Virus record (IMG/VR): IMGVR_UViG_2739367553_000005
Coordinates: 21,071 to 85,070 of that record
From: a virus
Taxonomy: Duplodnaviria > Caudoviricetes
Reading direction: 5' to 3' (one strand)
Length of the DNA stretch: 64,000 bases
Position numbers and translations under genes: made by a program. A model generated the notes under the pieces. The model worked only from the letters and a program-made list of their open reading frames with translations. It did not search any database and was not told where the DNA came from. This document shows positions 35,405 through 44,525 of this stretch, piece by piece (position 1 is the first letter of the stretch; every line of letters begins with the position of its first letter).

Positions 35405-36438
35405 CTCTCTCTTATGTTTCTTAATGTGTCAGGAGTTGATTGAGCATAATAAGCTGCCGTTACCGAAGGGCTTCCATGACCCATAATCTCCTGAATTGTT
35501 CCAATGTCCACACCTTTGTTTTTGAGTGTCATTCCGAGCGTCTTCCGGATCTTATGTGGGTATACCCTACTCTTTACCATGGCGCGCTTTCCGATAGTTT
35601 TAAGAATGCTCCTAATTCCGGAAGTAGTCATTTGATCATGCGGCGCCTTACACTGAGGAAACATAAAAGGGCTATCGTCATTCCGGGAGTCCATATATTT
35701 GCGGTAATAATATCTTGCATCATCATCTAAAAATATCGGCCGGTATTTGTCGCTCTTCTCACCCAAGATCATGATATCACCGGTATTCCAATCTATCTGG
35801 TCAAGAGTTATCTCTACCAGCTCCCCTACTCTGGCACCGGTGCTGCGAAGCACTTCTATTAAAGCACGTTCCCGGTAACTCTTACAGGCGTCTTTCATTT
35901 TTGTCATCTCTTCAGGCTTAAAATAATCAATCGGCTTTTTGATAGCTTTGAGTGGATCCGTTGCCTCGACCGGATTTTCTCCAATCAATTTTTCCTTTCG
36001 CATCCAAGTGAAGAAAGCAGAGAGGAAACGTCTTTCATTATTTACGGTTATGGCCTGATTCTTCTTGCCACTGGCATTTATATTCCGCTTCTCATACCAG
36101 GACAGGTAATAGCTGATATCGGATTCCTCTATCCTATCCAGCGGCTTGTCAATCAAGGTAATCAGGCGTTTAACTGAACTAAGATATGCTTGCTTAGTAT
36201 TATCTTTTATTTTTTTCTTCACTATAAAAAGCTGAACGATGTACTTATTCTTCTGATCCGTGTCATTCTGATATTCTACCGGAAGAGTGGTTATTTCTTC
36301 CATGTTGACATTGACAAATTCCTTTATGATTACCTGATGAAGAATGTCTAAAACATCTTTAGTCACATGCTCTGCCATGGCAACAATAATGTTGTTAATT
36401 ACCTGCGCTTTTATGGTTTGTCCATTCATAATATGCAA
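35392..36438 (-). CDS. Second tyrosine recombinase (XerD-like)
   Basis: STGARVGEL, VYPHKIRKT, IQEIMGHGSPSVTAAYY (R-H-R-H-Y catalytic set). Confidence 0.92.
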   Translation of the reverse strand: MHIMNGQTIKAQVINNIIVAMAEHVTKDVLDILHQVIIKEFVNVNMEEITTLPVEYQNDTDQKNKYIVQLFIVKKKIKDNTKQAYLSSVKRLITLIDKPLDRIEESDISYYLSWYEKRNINASGKKNQAITVNNERRFLSAFFTWMRKEKLIGENPVEATDPLKAIKKPIDYFKPEEMTKMKDACKSYRERALIEVLRSTGARVGELVEITLDQIDWNTGDIMILGEKSDKYRPIFLDDDARYYYRKYMDSRNDDSPFMFPQCKAPHDQMTTSGIRSILKTIGKRAMVKSRVYPHKIRKTLGMTLKNKGVDIGTIQEIMGHGSPSVTAAYYAQSTPDTLRNIRERCIA

Positions 36439-36617
36439 TCTCCTTTTCTTAAAATTTCAGTTGCTTAAGGAGACATTTTCTTTTATAATATCCTTAAGCG
36501 TGAAGCGGTAGACGAACTTTGGTCGGGGACTCTGCCGCTTGTTTATTGTTTGAAAATCGAATGTATGTTCTTTTGATGTTATTTTTTTACCGGGGTCTAT
36601 GCCCCGGTAGTAAAACT

Positions 36618-37337
36618 TTAAATTTTTTCTTCTATCCTATTTAGAAATCTTACAAAGTAGTTTGATACATAATATACTTTTAAAGTTGATTCTCCTACAC
36701 TAACATCTTCTTGATTGCAAAACCCAGTTTTAGTTGTTCTTATAATAAGGCTTTCTATATCTTCATATGTTAAAGAAAAATCCTTACTTGCCTTTTTTAA
36801 AAAAATAAACCAAACATCAACGATCTTTTGATATTCTCTTATATTTTTTTTGGGATCATAAAATTCTCCATAATAACTTTTCTCACACTTATATAATTCA
36901 ATTAATAGTTGCATCTCTCGATAAGATAATTCTTCAATACAATGTAGCCATTCTTCATATTCATCTATTTTATATTTGTTTTTGTTTATAAAAGTATTTT
37001 TAAATAATGCGGCTAAAAATAAAATTTTATCATTTTGTGCAAGCCTGTTTATGACATCAAGAGTCTTAACAAACTCCATAATAAAATTAATATCAGTGAC
37101 TTTTTCCTTTGTAATTAATTCTGGTTCATTTAGTATAAATTCACAAAATTCCTTTCTCTTTTTAACTTGGTAATCCTCTATGTTCTTCTCTGCTACAGAA
37201 TCCAAATAATCACCTATAATGGGTAAATATTGAATTAGTTGAGAACGTACAGTATGCAATATTGGATTGGAGTATTTGTCACTAACAGTTTCTGCAATTT
37301 TCAATTCTTTCTTCACTTCATTAAATTTATCCGACAT
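36618..37337 (-). CDS. Hypothetical moron protein, weak resemblance to Abi-alpha-type proteins
   Basis: AT-rich, 239 aa; helical N-terminus and wHTH-like C-terminus. Confidence 0.7.
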   Translation of the reverse strand: MSDKFNEVKKELKIAETVSDKYSNPILHTVRSQLIQYLPIIGDYLDSVAEKNIEDYQVKKRKEFCEFILNEPELITKEKVTDINFIMEFVKTLDVINRLAQNDKILFLAALFKNTFINKNKYKIDEYEEWLHCIEELSYREMQLLIELYKCEKSYYGEFYDPKKNIREYQKIVDVWFIFLKKASKDFSLTYEDIESLIIRTTKTGFCNQEDVSVGESTLKVYYVSNYFVRFLNRIEEKI

Positions 37338-37415
37338 TATTTAGTCCCCCTTTATATACCTAATAACAAAATACTATTACTTTTTCAATATAAAAGCAAG
37401 TATAACCCTTCCATT

Positions 37416-39041
37416 TCAGGCAAATCTAAGCTGCGCCTGACTATCATCAATCCTCATGTTAGGCATTCGCTTTCCAATTTTCAAATATGGACAATTCGCT
37501 GTAACCAATGCTTCAGCAACAATAGGAACAACACTGTTTCCAATACGGGCTACCTGTTCAGAAACCGGATATTTTTTACTCTCATAATCGTGATCTATGA
37601 TGTAATCCTCTGGGAATCCCTGACCCAGTTTTAATTCCGGTTCGGCTTTTAGCATTCGAAGGAAGATATCCAGAATTACATATTCATTACCAAGGACCGT
37701 AACCAAGGCAAACCGATCTTTTGTCACAATAGTATGAAGCGGTTCTTTCAGGCTTACTCCGGTTACATCACCACCATAGTATTTAATGATAAACTGGCTC
37801 ACCCAAGTACATTTCTGCGCTGTTTCTTCATCAACACCCTTCTTTAGCAGTTCTTCCTTACTAATTGCAAGAATACTGACATGTCCAAAATGCCCCGGAC
37901 TGGTTGTTATTGTATGTATCGGCTCCCATAAAGGCTGTCCCACTCCCGTCTTATAAAACTTCGTGAGAAAAGCCGCCACCAGTCCATATCGGTTACTGGT
38001 GTCAATCGTCATTACAGGTTCATCTACCGATTGACCTCTTACCTCGGACATAGAGGTTTCTGAATGATACTGAATCATAATAGGACTAATATAGCAATGT
38101 TCATTCTTGGTGACTATTGTGCTCATAGGGTCTTCAACGGAGCGATTCCGATCTGTACAAAATCCAGTTTGCCCCGACTGCATGATATATGACGTCACAG
38201 TGCCAAATCCATGCTTCTGCGTAATTGTAGGCATAGGCTTATGAATGCTCTGTCCTCGGAAGTGATCACCCCCATGGTTGACCTGAACTATAAACGGTTC
38301 CGGACAATTAAAAACATATTTATCCAGTCCCCTAGCGATCCGGTTCATCGTCTTGTCTGCCAGTGGCTTCTTTCTCCCAAAGATAGACTTTCCTAAATCT
38401 GTTAGATCCAGGTGCTTCCAGATAGGCTCCCACTTTTCAAGCCCATTTGTTCCGTTTTTGTTATGTGTGGGCTCCGGCCAGACAATTGGCCTTCCGTCCC
38501 TCCGGAAGATTGCATACCACCGTTTTCTTGTAGTGGGTGCTCCATAATCAGCAGCTACCAGTTCCCGGCTATCAAAGACATATCCCAGGGACTTCATCGC
38601 CGTAATAAATTTCAGGTAGTCTTCCCCTTTGCGTTCCTTTATGGGATACCCCTCTTTATCTAGCGGTCCCCACTGCTGAATCTCTTCAACATTCTCCATC
38701 AGGATAACATCAGGTAGAATGGCTTTCGCATGTTTATACACAGCCCATGGAAGAATCCTCAGACCTTTTTCTCTTGGTTTACCGCCCTTTGCCTTACTAT
38801 GGCTGGTACAATCCGGGCTTGCCCACATCAAGGCTACATGTCGACCTTTTACATACTTTTGCAGGTCAACCTTGAAGATGTCCTCTGTCAGATGCAGTGT
38901 GTCTGGGTGATTCGTTTTATGCATCCTGATTGCTTGGGGATTGTGATTAATCGCAATATCTACATGCCTTCCCAACGCCATTTCGATTCCAACGCTTGCT
39001 CCACCACCACCGGCAAAGCAATCTATTATTAAATCTCTCAT
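37416..39041 (-). CDS. C5-cytosine DNA methyltransferase (long TRD)
   Basis: FAGGGG, WASPDC, MENVEE, PTTRKRWY, IGNSV. Confidence 0.9.
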   Translation of the reverse strand: MRDLIIDCFAGGGGASVGIEMALGRHVDIAINHNPQAIRMHKTNHPDTLHLTEDIFKVDLQKYVKGRHVALMWASPDCTSHSKAKGGKPREKGLRILPWAVYKHAKAILPDVILMENVEEIQQWGPLDKEGYPIKERKGEDYLKFITAMKSLGYVFDSRELVAADYGAPTTRKRWYAIFRRDGRPIVWPEPTHNKNGTNGLEKWEPIWKHLDLTDLGKSIFGRKKPLADKTMNRIARGLDKYVFNCPEPFIVQVNHGGDHFRGQSIHKPMPTITQKHGFGTVTSYIMQSGQTGFCTDRNRSVEDPMSTIVTKNEHCYISPIMIQYHSETSMSEVRGQSVDEPVMTIDTSNRYGLVAAFLTKFYKTGVGQPLWEPIHTITTSPGHFGHVSILAISKEELLKKGVDEETAQKCTWVSQFIIKYYGGDVTGVSLKEPLHTIVTKDRFALVTVLGNEYVILDIFLRMLKAEPELKLGQGFPEDYIIDHDYESKKYPVSEQVARIGNSVVPIVAEALVTANCPYLKIGKRMPNMRIDDSQAQLRFA

Positions 39042-39094
39042 TTTTTAAAGAAGCCCGGTATACCCTTACCCCTGCAGGAGGCTGGCTCCTTTCC

Positions 39095-39505
39095 TTATAT
39101 TTTCTTTCTTGTTCTCCAAATCCGTTCCAGTTCTTCCAGAGTTACATGGATAAGGAGATTGCTTATAAAGCTGCAATTACCATATTCTTTGGACATGGCC
39201 CCAATCATATCAACAAGACCATTCCAGTATTCTTCTGTATCATTTGGAGCGCTGTATTTTTTAAACAGCTTCCATGCTCCGGTTAAACATTCTTCATATT
39301 GTTTATCCTGAAGAGGAACGCCGCCGGATTTAATTCTTTTTATTTCTTGCCAAACAACCAAACAAAACAACCTGCGCATTACAGGGTTCACATGCTTTTT
39401 TATCATTTGCGCAACATGCTCCGGATTAACCATCTGGCGATTTTTCATTAGTTTCCATGCGTCCGTATAAGCGGACCAATATTTTCTAAGTTCATTCTCT
39501 TCCAT
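39095..39505 (-). CDS. Hypothetical phage protein with internal duplication
   Basis: YWSAYTDAWKLMK / CLTGAWKLFKKY repeats. Confidence 0.65.
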   Translation of the reverse strand: MEENELRKYWSAYTDAWKLMKNRQMVNPEHVAQMIKKHVNPVMRRLFCLVVWQEIKRIKSGGVPLQDKQYEECLTGAWKLFKKYSAPNDTEEYWNGLVDMIGAMSKEYGNCSFISNLLIHVTLEELERIWRTRKKI

Positions 39506-39508
39506 CGT

Positions 39509-39859
39509 TTACACCGCCTTGAAAGGAATACAATATCGAGCCTTAATTTTTGCCTTATCGTCTATATAAACATCAGCAAATATTTTCCGTGAATCGTTTC
39601 CATAAAACTCTACCATTTCAGGTAAGTTCTCATTCACAGCGTCAAATTCCAGGTCGAATCCTCGACACCATGAAACAGCCTCTTCCAAGCGGTTCCCACA
39701 TCTGCAAGTCCAAAGAACTATTTTATTTCCCTCATTACGTCTTATAATCAAATGATTAATCAGTGCCGTGTTCGGACTACCAATTCCGGGCCAGACACTT
39801 TCACATAAGGTCCCATCAAAATCAACAGCATAAATTGTGTATCTTCTATTTTCGCTCAT
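39509..39859 (-). CDS. HAD-superfamily phosphatase-like phage protein
   Basis: IYAVDFDGTL, LWTCR, ADVYIDDK. Confidence 0.85.
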   Translation of the reverse strand: MSENRRYTIYAVDFDGTLCESVWPGIGSPNTALINHLIIRRNEGNKIVLWTCRCGNRLEEAVSWCRGFDLEFDAVNENLPEMVEFYGNDSRKIFADVYIDDKAKIKARYCIPFKAV

Positions 39860-40134
39860 ATTCCACCTCCTTTATACTCCGATCACAAGGAAAGCAACTC
39901 TCATCACCAAATCTTCCGTCATAATGTTTACAGGTCCCGCAGTTCTTCCCGATCCACCACATTATTTTCTTTCGCAATAGCCTATGTAAGTTATATTTCA
40001 TCAGCAATATACCTCCATTAATCGCAAAAGATCAGAATAAAGAATGCCCATAAGCAATTAGGATTCTTTGTAATACAAATTCCTACAGCTACGGCAATGG
40101 CCACACTTACCCATTTAACCCAATTCTTCAAAGT

Positions 40135-41064
40135 TCAATCTCCTTTCATTTCTATGCAAAAAGATGCTGCTTGGAAAACTATTGCTAATTTTGCTATTAA
40201 ATCTTTGGTCTGCCGGCGCTCGCTTTCGTCCATCTGCAGATAATGTTTAATTTTTCGCTCAGGACGACCAGCTCCCCAAGGTCCAGATTCAATCATGCTA
40301 CGCACTTTATCCAGGTTCTCGGTTAAATACATTTGGTATACCCGTCCACGAATGGCTTTTGCTGACTTACCAATAACTGTTGCCATCTGCTCATATTTCT
40401 TTCCTGCAATGATCAATTCACCTAAAAGCGTAAATTCGTCAGCTGTCCACTTAACGGTATTATCTGCTTTTACTGGACGATCCTTGACTTTAAGATCTAT
40501 AAGGCGGCGTTGTATTGCCCCTTCAGTACGCCCCATGAGTTTTGATAACGCCTGTACCCCGTACTGCTGTTTCTTAACCAGTCTGATTAATTTATTATCC
40601 TCTGCAGCAGACCATGGTATAGTTTTAATCCGTCTCCGGTTTTCACAATCATGTCTGCGTTTTCCTTGTACCCACGCAGGTTCTTCCCCCAACGCCAAAG
40701 GCTCGAATCGGGAGAAATCAAGAAACGTCTGATTCTTTTCCGCCCACACCCAGAACTCATTCAAAAAGACTATCTTAAAAGAATTGCTTCTGATCCGCTT
40801 CGTATGTATAGGGAAGTCTCTGTTCTTTACCCACGAAATCATTTTGTATCCACTACTTGATTTTCCGAGCCCCAATGCCGTCTGTAACTGGTTCCAAGTA
40901 ACATAATCTCCTGCATCAAGAAAGGCTCCTAAGCCCATTCGCTGACTCTTTAGAACAACAGCTGTTTCCGTTCTGTTCAGCTTTTTGGCAATACCTTTTA
41001 CTGATATGGTACCCCACTTTTCTTCAAGGTAAGATTCATCTTCATGAGACCAATTTCGTTTCAT
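40135..41064 (-). CDS. Phage protein with repeated Myb/HTH-like modules
   Basis: WSHEDESYL, WSAAEDNKL and WTADEFTLL repeats. Confidence 0.7.
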   Translation of the reverse strand: MKRNWSHEDESYLEEKWGTISVKGIAKKLNRTETAVVLKSQRMGLGAFLDAGDYVTWNQLQTALGLGKSSSGYKMISWVKNRDFPIHTKRIRSNSFKIVFLNEFWVWAEKNQTFLDFSRFEPLALGEEPAWVQGKRRHDCENRRRIKTIPWSAAEDNKLIRLVKKQQYGVQALSKLMGRTEGAIQRRLIDLKVKDRPVKADNTVKWTADEFTLLGELIIAGKKYEQMATVIGKSAKAIRGRVYQMYLTENLDKVRSMIESGPWGAGRPERKIKHYLQMDESERRQTKDLIAKLAIVFQAASFCIEMKGD

Positions 41065-41876
41065 CCTGGCGCCTCTTGAAAATCTGAGATGCGCATTTGT
41101 CCTGCAGGTTCAAAATTCATCCATAAGACTTCTCTCTTTTTACTTGATATTTGTGAATAGCAGATAGTTTCTTCTTTATGCCATCCACATAACCGATCAT
41201 TATATAGTTTGCTATCATATCCACTTAGTAATACCGGTCCTTTATGAGCCTGCAATACGTCTATCAAGTTATTCTGCTGTTTATCCTCCATTTCATAGCG
41301 ATACTGTTTTCCATGCCTTGTACTCAGCACATACGGAGGATCCGCATAGATTAAAACTTTCGAGTTGTTAAACCGTTCAATTACCTCTGCAGCTGGGCGG
41401 TTCTCAATCTGCACTCCCCGGATCCGTTCGGCTGCCTGCATTATCTTTTCTGGTAACACACACCAGTCTTTTGCAGCATAAGCTTTTTCTCTTCCCTGCA
41501 CATCGTTTTTCCAGCCCACCTTGCTATTGTTAGTGCGGAATCCATATCCCATGTTCAGCCTTATGTAAAAATTAACTGCCTTGTCAAAACTATCATCTGG
41601 TACCGTTCTAAAGGCGTCATCATAAATTTGTCTGGCGTAAGGAGTTAAATAAATTTCTCTGGCTAGTCTTTCTGGATCCTTGCGAATCCATTCAAAAAGG
41701 TTTACCACATTACCGTCCAGATCGTTTACTGTTTCAATGTTGGATCGTGGTTTATTAAATAGCACAGCTCCGCTGCCGAAGAATGCTTCTAAATAACTGT
41801 GATGTTCCGGGAAGAAACTTATGATCCAATCTGCTATACTCCATTTACTTCCCGGATATTTCATAACTGCTTTCAT
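41061..41876 (-). CDS. Second DNA adenine methyltransferase (Dam/D12 class)
   Basis: YPGSK, YLEAFFGSGAV, NDLDGNVVNLF, YADPPY. Confidence 0.92.
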   Translation of the reverse strand: MKAVMKYPGSKWSIADWIISFFPEHHSYLEAFFGSGAVLFNKPRSNIETVNDLDGNVVNLFEWIRKDPERLAREIYLTPYARQIYDDAFRTVPDDSFDKAVNFYIRLNMGYGFRTNNSKVGWKNDVQGREKAYAAKDWCVLPEKIMQAAERIRGVQIENRPAAEVIERFNNSKVLIYADPPYVLSTRHGKQYRYEMEDKQQNNLIDVLQAHKGPVLLSGYDSKLYNDRLCGWHKEETICYSQISSKKREVLWMNFEPAGQMRISDFQEAPG

Positions 41877-41989
41877 TTTTCTTGAAAGGAACCCAGCGCG
41901 CTTTTCCTAGGAAGGTTCCGGCTCCTTTCTTTATTTTGTTGACCCTTTACTTAAAATATTTTATAATAAATGAAAATAGGAGGTGTAAA

Positions 41990-42277
41990 ATGGTGAACTA
42001 TTCTATAATCCAATATGAAACTGAAAAGGGCATTATTAAAGTTGAAGTGAAAGTACATGATAACGTCATAACTGTTAAAAACTTAGACAATGATTGCTGG
42101 CAAAGCCCCTTCGATGAATCGCTGGAATTTGATATGTGTGAAACCAGCCGTATTAACGATCTAGATTCAAACGAAATGCTTGCTATCCTAGACACCTTAA
42201 GGGGTGATTTCGATTGCTCCATTATTACAGGTTCTGAAACCCAACCCAATACTATAAATTTTCTTGATATTCCTTAA
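41990..42277 (+). CDS. Small acidic moron protein
   Basis: AGGAGG RBS; counter strand. Confidence 0.6.
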   Translation: MVNYSIIQYETEKGIIKVEVKVHDNVITVKNLDNDCWQSPFDESLEFDMCETSRINDLDSNEMLAILDTLRGDFDCSIITGSETQPNTINFLDIP

Positions 42278-42387
42278 AACGGGTCTTATAGACTCGTTTT
42301 TTTATACGTCAAATCCTAATTTACCTGATTAAACTCTATGTTTTTAGTACAAAAAAACTACCAACTGAATGTTGATAGTTGGTAGTT

Positions 42388-42915
42388 TTAAAATTCTAAA
42401 CTTTTTATTTCATAAATTTTTAAAGGAGTACTTACTTTCTTTTTTCCGCTTATACGGTATTCCAGATACACTTTAAAACCGCTCCTAAGTCTTTCTGGGT
42501 TCCAGAATATTTCCCGCTGCCGATATCTTACTTTTACTGTTGTTTTAGATTCTATGTTTAACAAATTCTCTAATTCATTAACATCGTCTTCGCAACTAAA
42601 TAGATTCCCAATTTCTACTTTATTTCCATCCGAATATTCTAAAAGCACTTTACAATCACTCATTCCAGATGTATGTTTTTTAGAATTATATGCAGTTATG
42701 TTAAATTCTATAGTCATATCATCAGGTATCCTACCAATGCATTTGGGTATCACATTATGTTCTGAATCTTCGTACAGTGCTTTATAACCAATATTAAGCA
42801 TAGTAAGTTCACATTCCAATTTGATTCCCCCGAAATTATCAGTAATAAGGTCAACAGAAAATCCTAACATAGATTCCAACAGCGGAAAAACAACACCTGT
42901 AACTATCTGGTCCAC
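42388..42915 (-). CDS. Hypothetical moron protein
   Basis: GGGGGTG RBS; AT-rich. Confidence 0.65.
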   Translation of the reverse strand: MDQIVTGVVFPLLESMLGFSVDLITDNFGGIKLECELTMLNIGYKALYEDSEHNVIPKCIGRIPDDMTIEFNITAYNSKKHTSGMSDCKVLLEYSDGNKVEIGNLFSCEDDVNELENLLNIESKTTVKVRYRQREIFWNPERLRSGFKVYLEYRISGKKKVSTPLKIYEIKSLEF

Positions 42916-43439
42916 ATTATCACCCCCCTATTATCAATAGTATACAATAGGGATAACCAACTATCAATATTCAATTATCAATGAACAATAAATCTTTTAT
43001 ATTTTAATTATTAGTATGTAACAAGGTTATCGATTCGATATGGGATATACCCACCACGATAATACATCTGCTTTATCATGTCTTTATTTGGCTTTCCGAA
43101 AACCAAATTACCCTTTCGATTGTCCGGGAAAAGACCTCTTATTCTTGCCACTAAATATAACAACTCAAATTTCATAATGTACCTCCATCAAATTTTGGTT
43201 TTGTCAAGATCCAGATACTTCCTGTATTATTAATGTTTATTACACACACCATATTTTCGAGGTGATATAGTGGAAAATAATTTATCTAAATTACTCTTTA
43301 AAAGTACCAGTACCAGACATTACTTTATAACACTCCCAATATGGTTACAGGTAATATTGCATGAAGATCATTCGTACATTGATACTGCTGCACAATTACA
43401 CCATGTAGCAGGGATCTTGTTACAGCAAAAAGCAATAGT

Positions 43440-43703
43440 TTAAAAGTGTTTGATTTTCTTTCCGCAATTTAAACAGAATTTCAAATCATACTCTGACAAA
43501 AATTCCGAATTAAATTCATATCCACAATCTGCACATTTTCCGAAAGCGCCGTCATTTGCCAGCTGGGCTGGAATCTGCTTCTCCAAAGCTTTTACACCCA
43601 TCTCAAGAGCCATCTTCTCACTGATCGCATTTAGTCCCGGTCTCGTTATGGACAAACCAAATCTCATATTTGCAAGGGTTCTTTCTGCTAAATATTCCGT
43701 CAT
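43440..43703 (-). CDS. Small phage protein with C-terminal Zn ribbon
   Basis: CADC...CLNCG. Confidence 0.65.
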   Translation of the reverse strand: MTEYLAERTLANMRFGLSITRPGLNAISEKMALEMGVKALEKQIPAQLANDGAFGKCADCGYEFNSEFLSEYDLKFCLNCGKKIKHF

Positions 43704-43742
43704 GTATATACTCCTCTCTGTTCTAATTCCATTAAGTTCCTA

Positions 43743-44168
43743 TTAAAATTCGGCTACGATGTCCCCACTATTATCCAAATAGATCAATTCATAATGTGGG
43801 TGGCAGTTCTCTTTATGGCAGGTTCCTTCAAAGCAGATATCCAAGTTCATGCTGTCATTTGAACCGACAATTGTTCCTTTAATATTTCCTCTGCTTTTGG
43901 ATTTCAGAATCACATTCATTCCCATAAGAGCAAACGGTATATTACGACATTCTTTCATTCGCTCGAACTGTTCAACATCACAAAACAAATCACATGGTCT
44001 GAATTTATGAATCAGCTTTATGCTTTTTACAAATCGCAAAAACTCAGCAAAGCTATCAAATAGATCCCCCATTTCTAAGTAGGTATTATACTTAGCCTTT
44101 CCCGGCGTTTCACCGCAAGCATTTACCGGCCTATTATATCTTGATAAAGTAATCAAATATGTATTCAT
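43743..44168 (-). CDS. Hypothetical phage protein
   Basis: 141-aa ORF with RBS. Confidence 0.65.
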   Translation of the reverse strand: MNTYLITLSRYNRPVNACGETPGKAKYNTYLEMGDLFDSFAEFLRFVKSIKLIHKFRPCDLFCDVEQFERMKECRNIPFALMGMNVILKSKSRGNIKGTIVGSNDSMNLDICFEGTCHKENCHPHYELIYLDNSGDIVAEF

Positions 44169-44191
44169 ATTACCCTTTCTGCCTAAGCAGG

Positions 44192-44509
44192 TTATGTATC
44201 AACCTTTACAACTTCACGCCACGCCAATACCTGATAATAAGGAATCTCCTGAAACCATTGGCTTTTCCATTTTCCGGATACATAAACCATTCGGATATTC
44301 TGTATAACGCCTGGAGAAATACTCTTAAATCCAGGTAAAGCCCTTACTGTAGTTTCATATTCCCCATCATATTTAGGCTGCCTTTCCTTAATCGGAATCC
44401 ACCTTAACGATTCAAGTACATCGTCAAGAAGCCACACTGCTCTAAGCAATTCATCTTTGGTCATAGCCGCACGTTCTTCCCGTGTAGGCTTTTGAGTGCT
44501 TAATGTCAT
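44192..44509 (-). CDS. Hypothetical phage protein (DUF551-like)
   Basis: RWIPIKERQPKYDGEY...VLAWRE. Confidence 0.6.
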   Translation of the reverse strand: MTLSTQKPTREERAAMTKDELLRAVWLLDDVLESLRWIPIKERQPKYDGEYETTVRALPGFKSISPGVIQNIRMVYVSGKWKSQWFQEIPYYQVLAWREVVKVDT

Positions 44510-44525
44510 AATTACACCTTACTCT

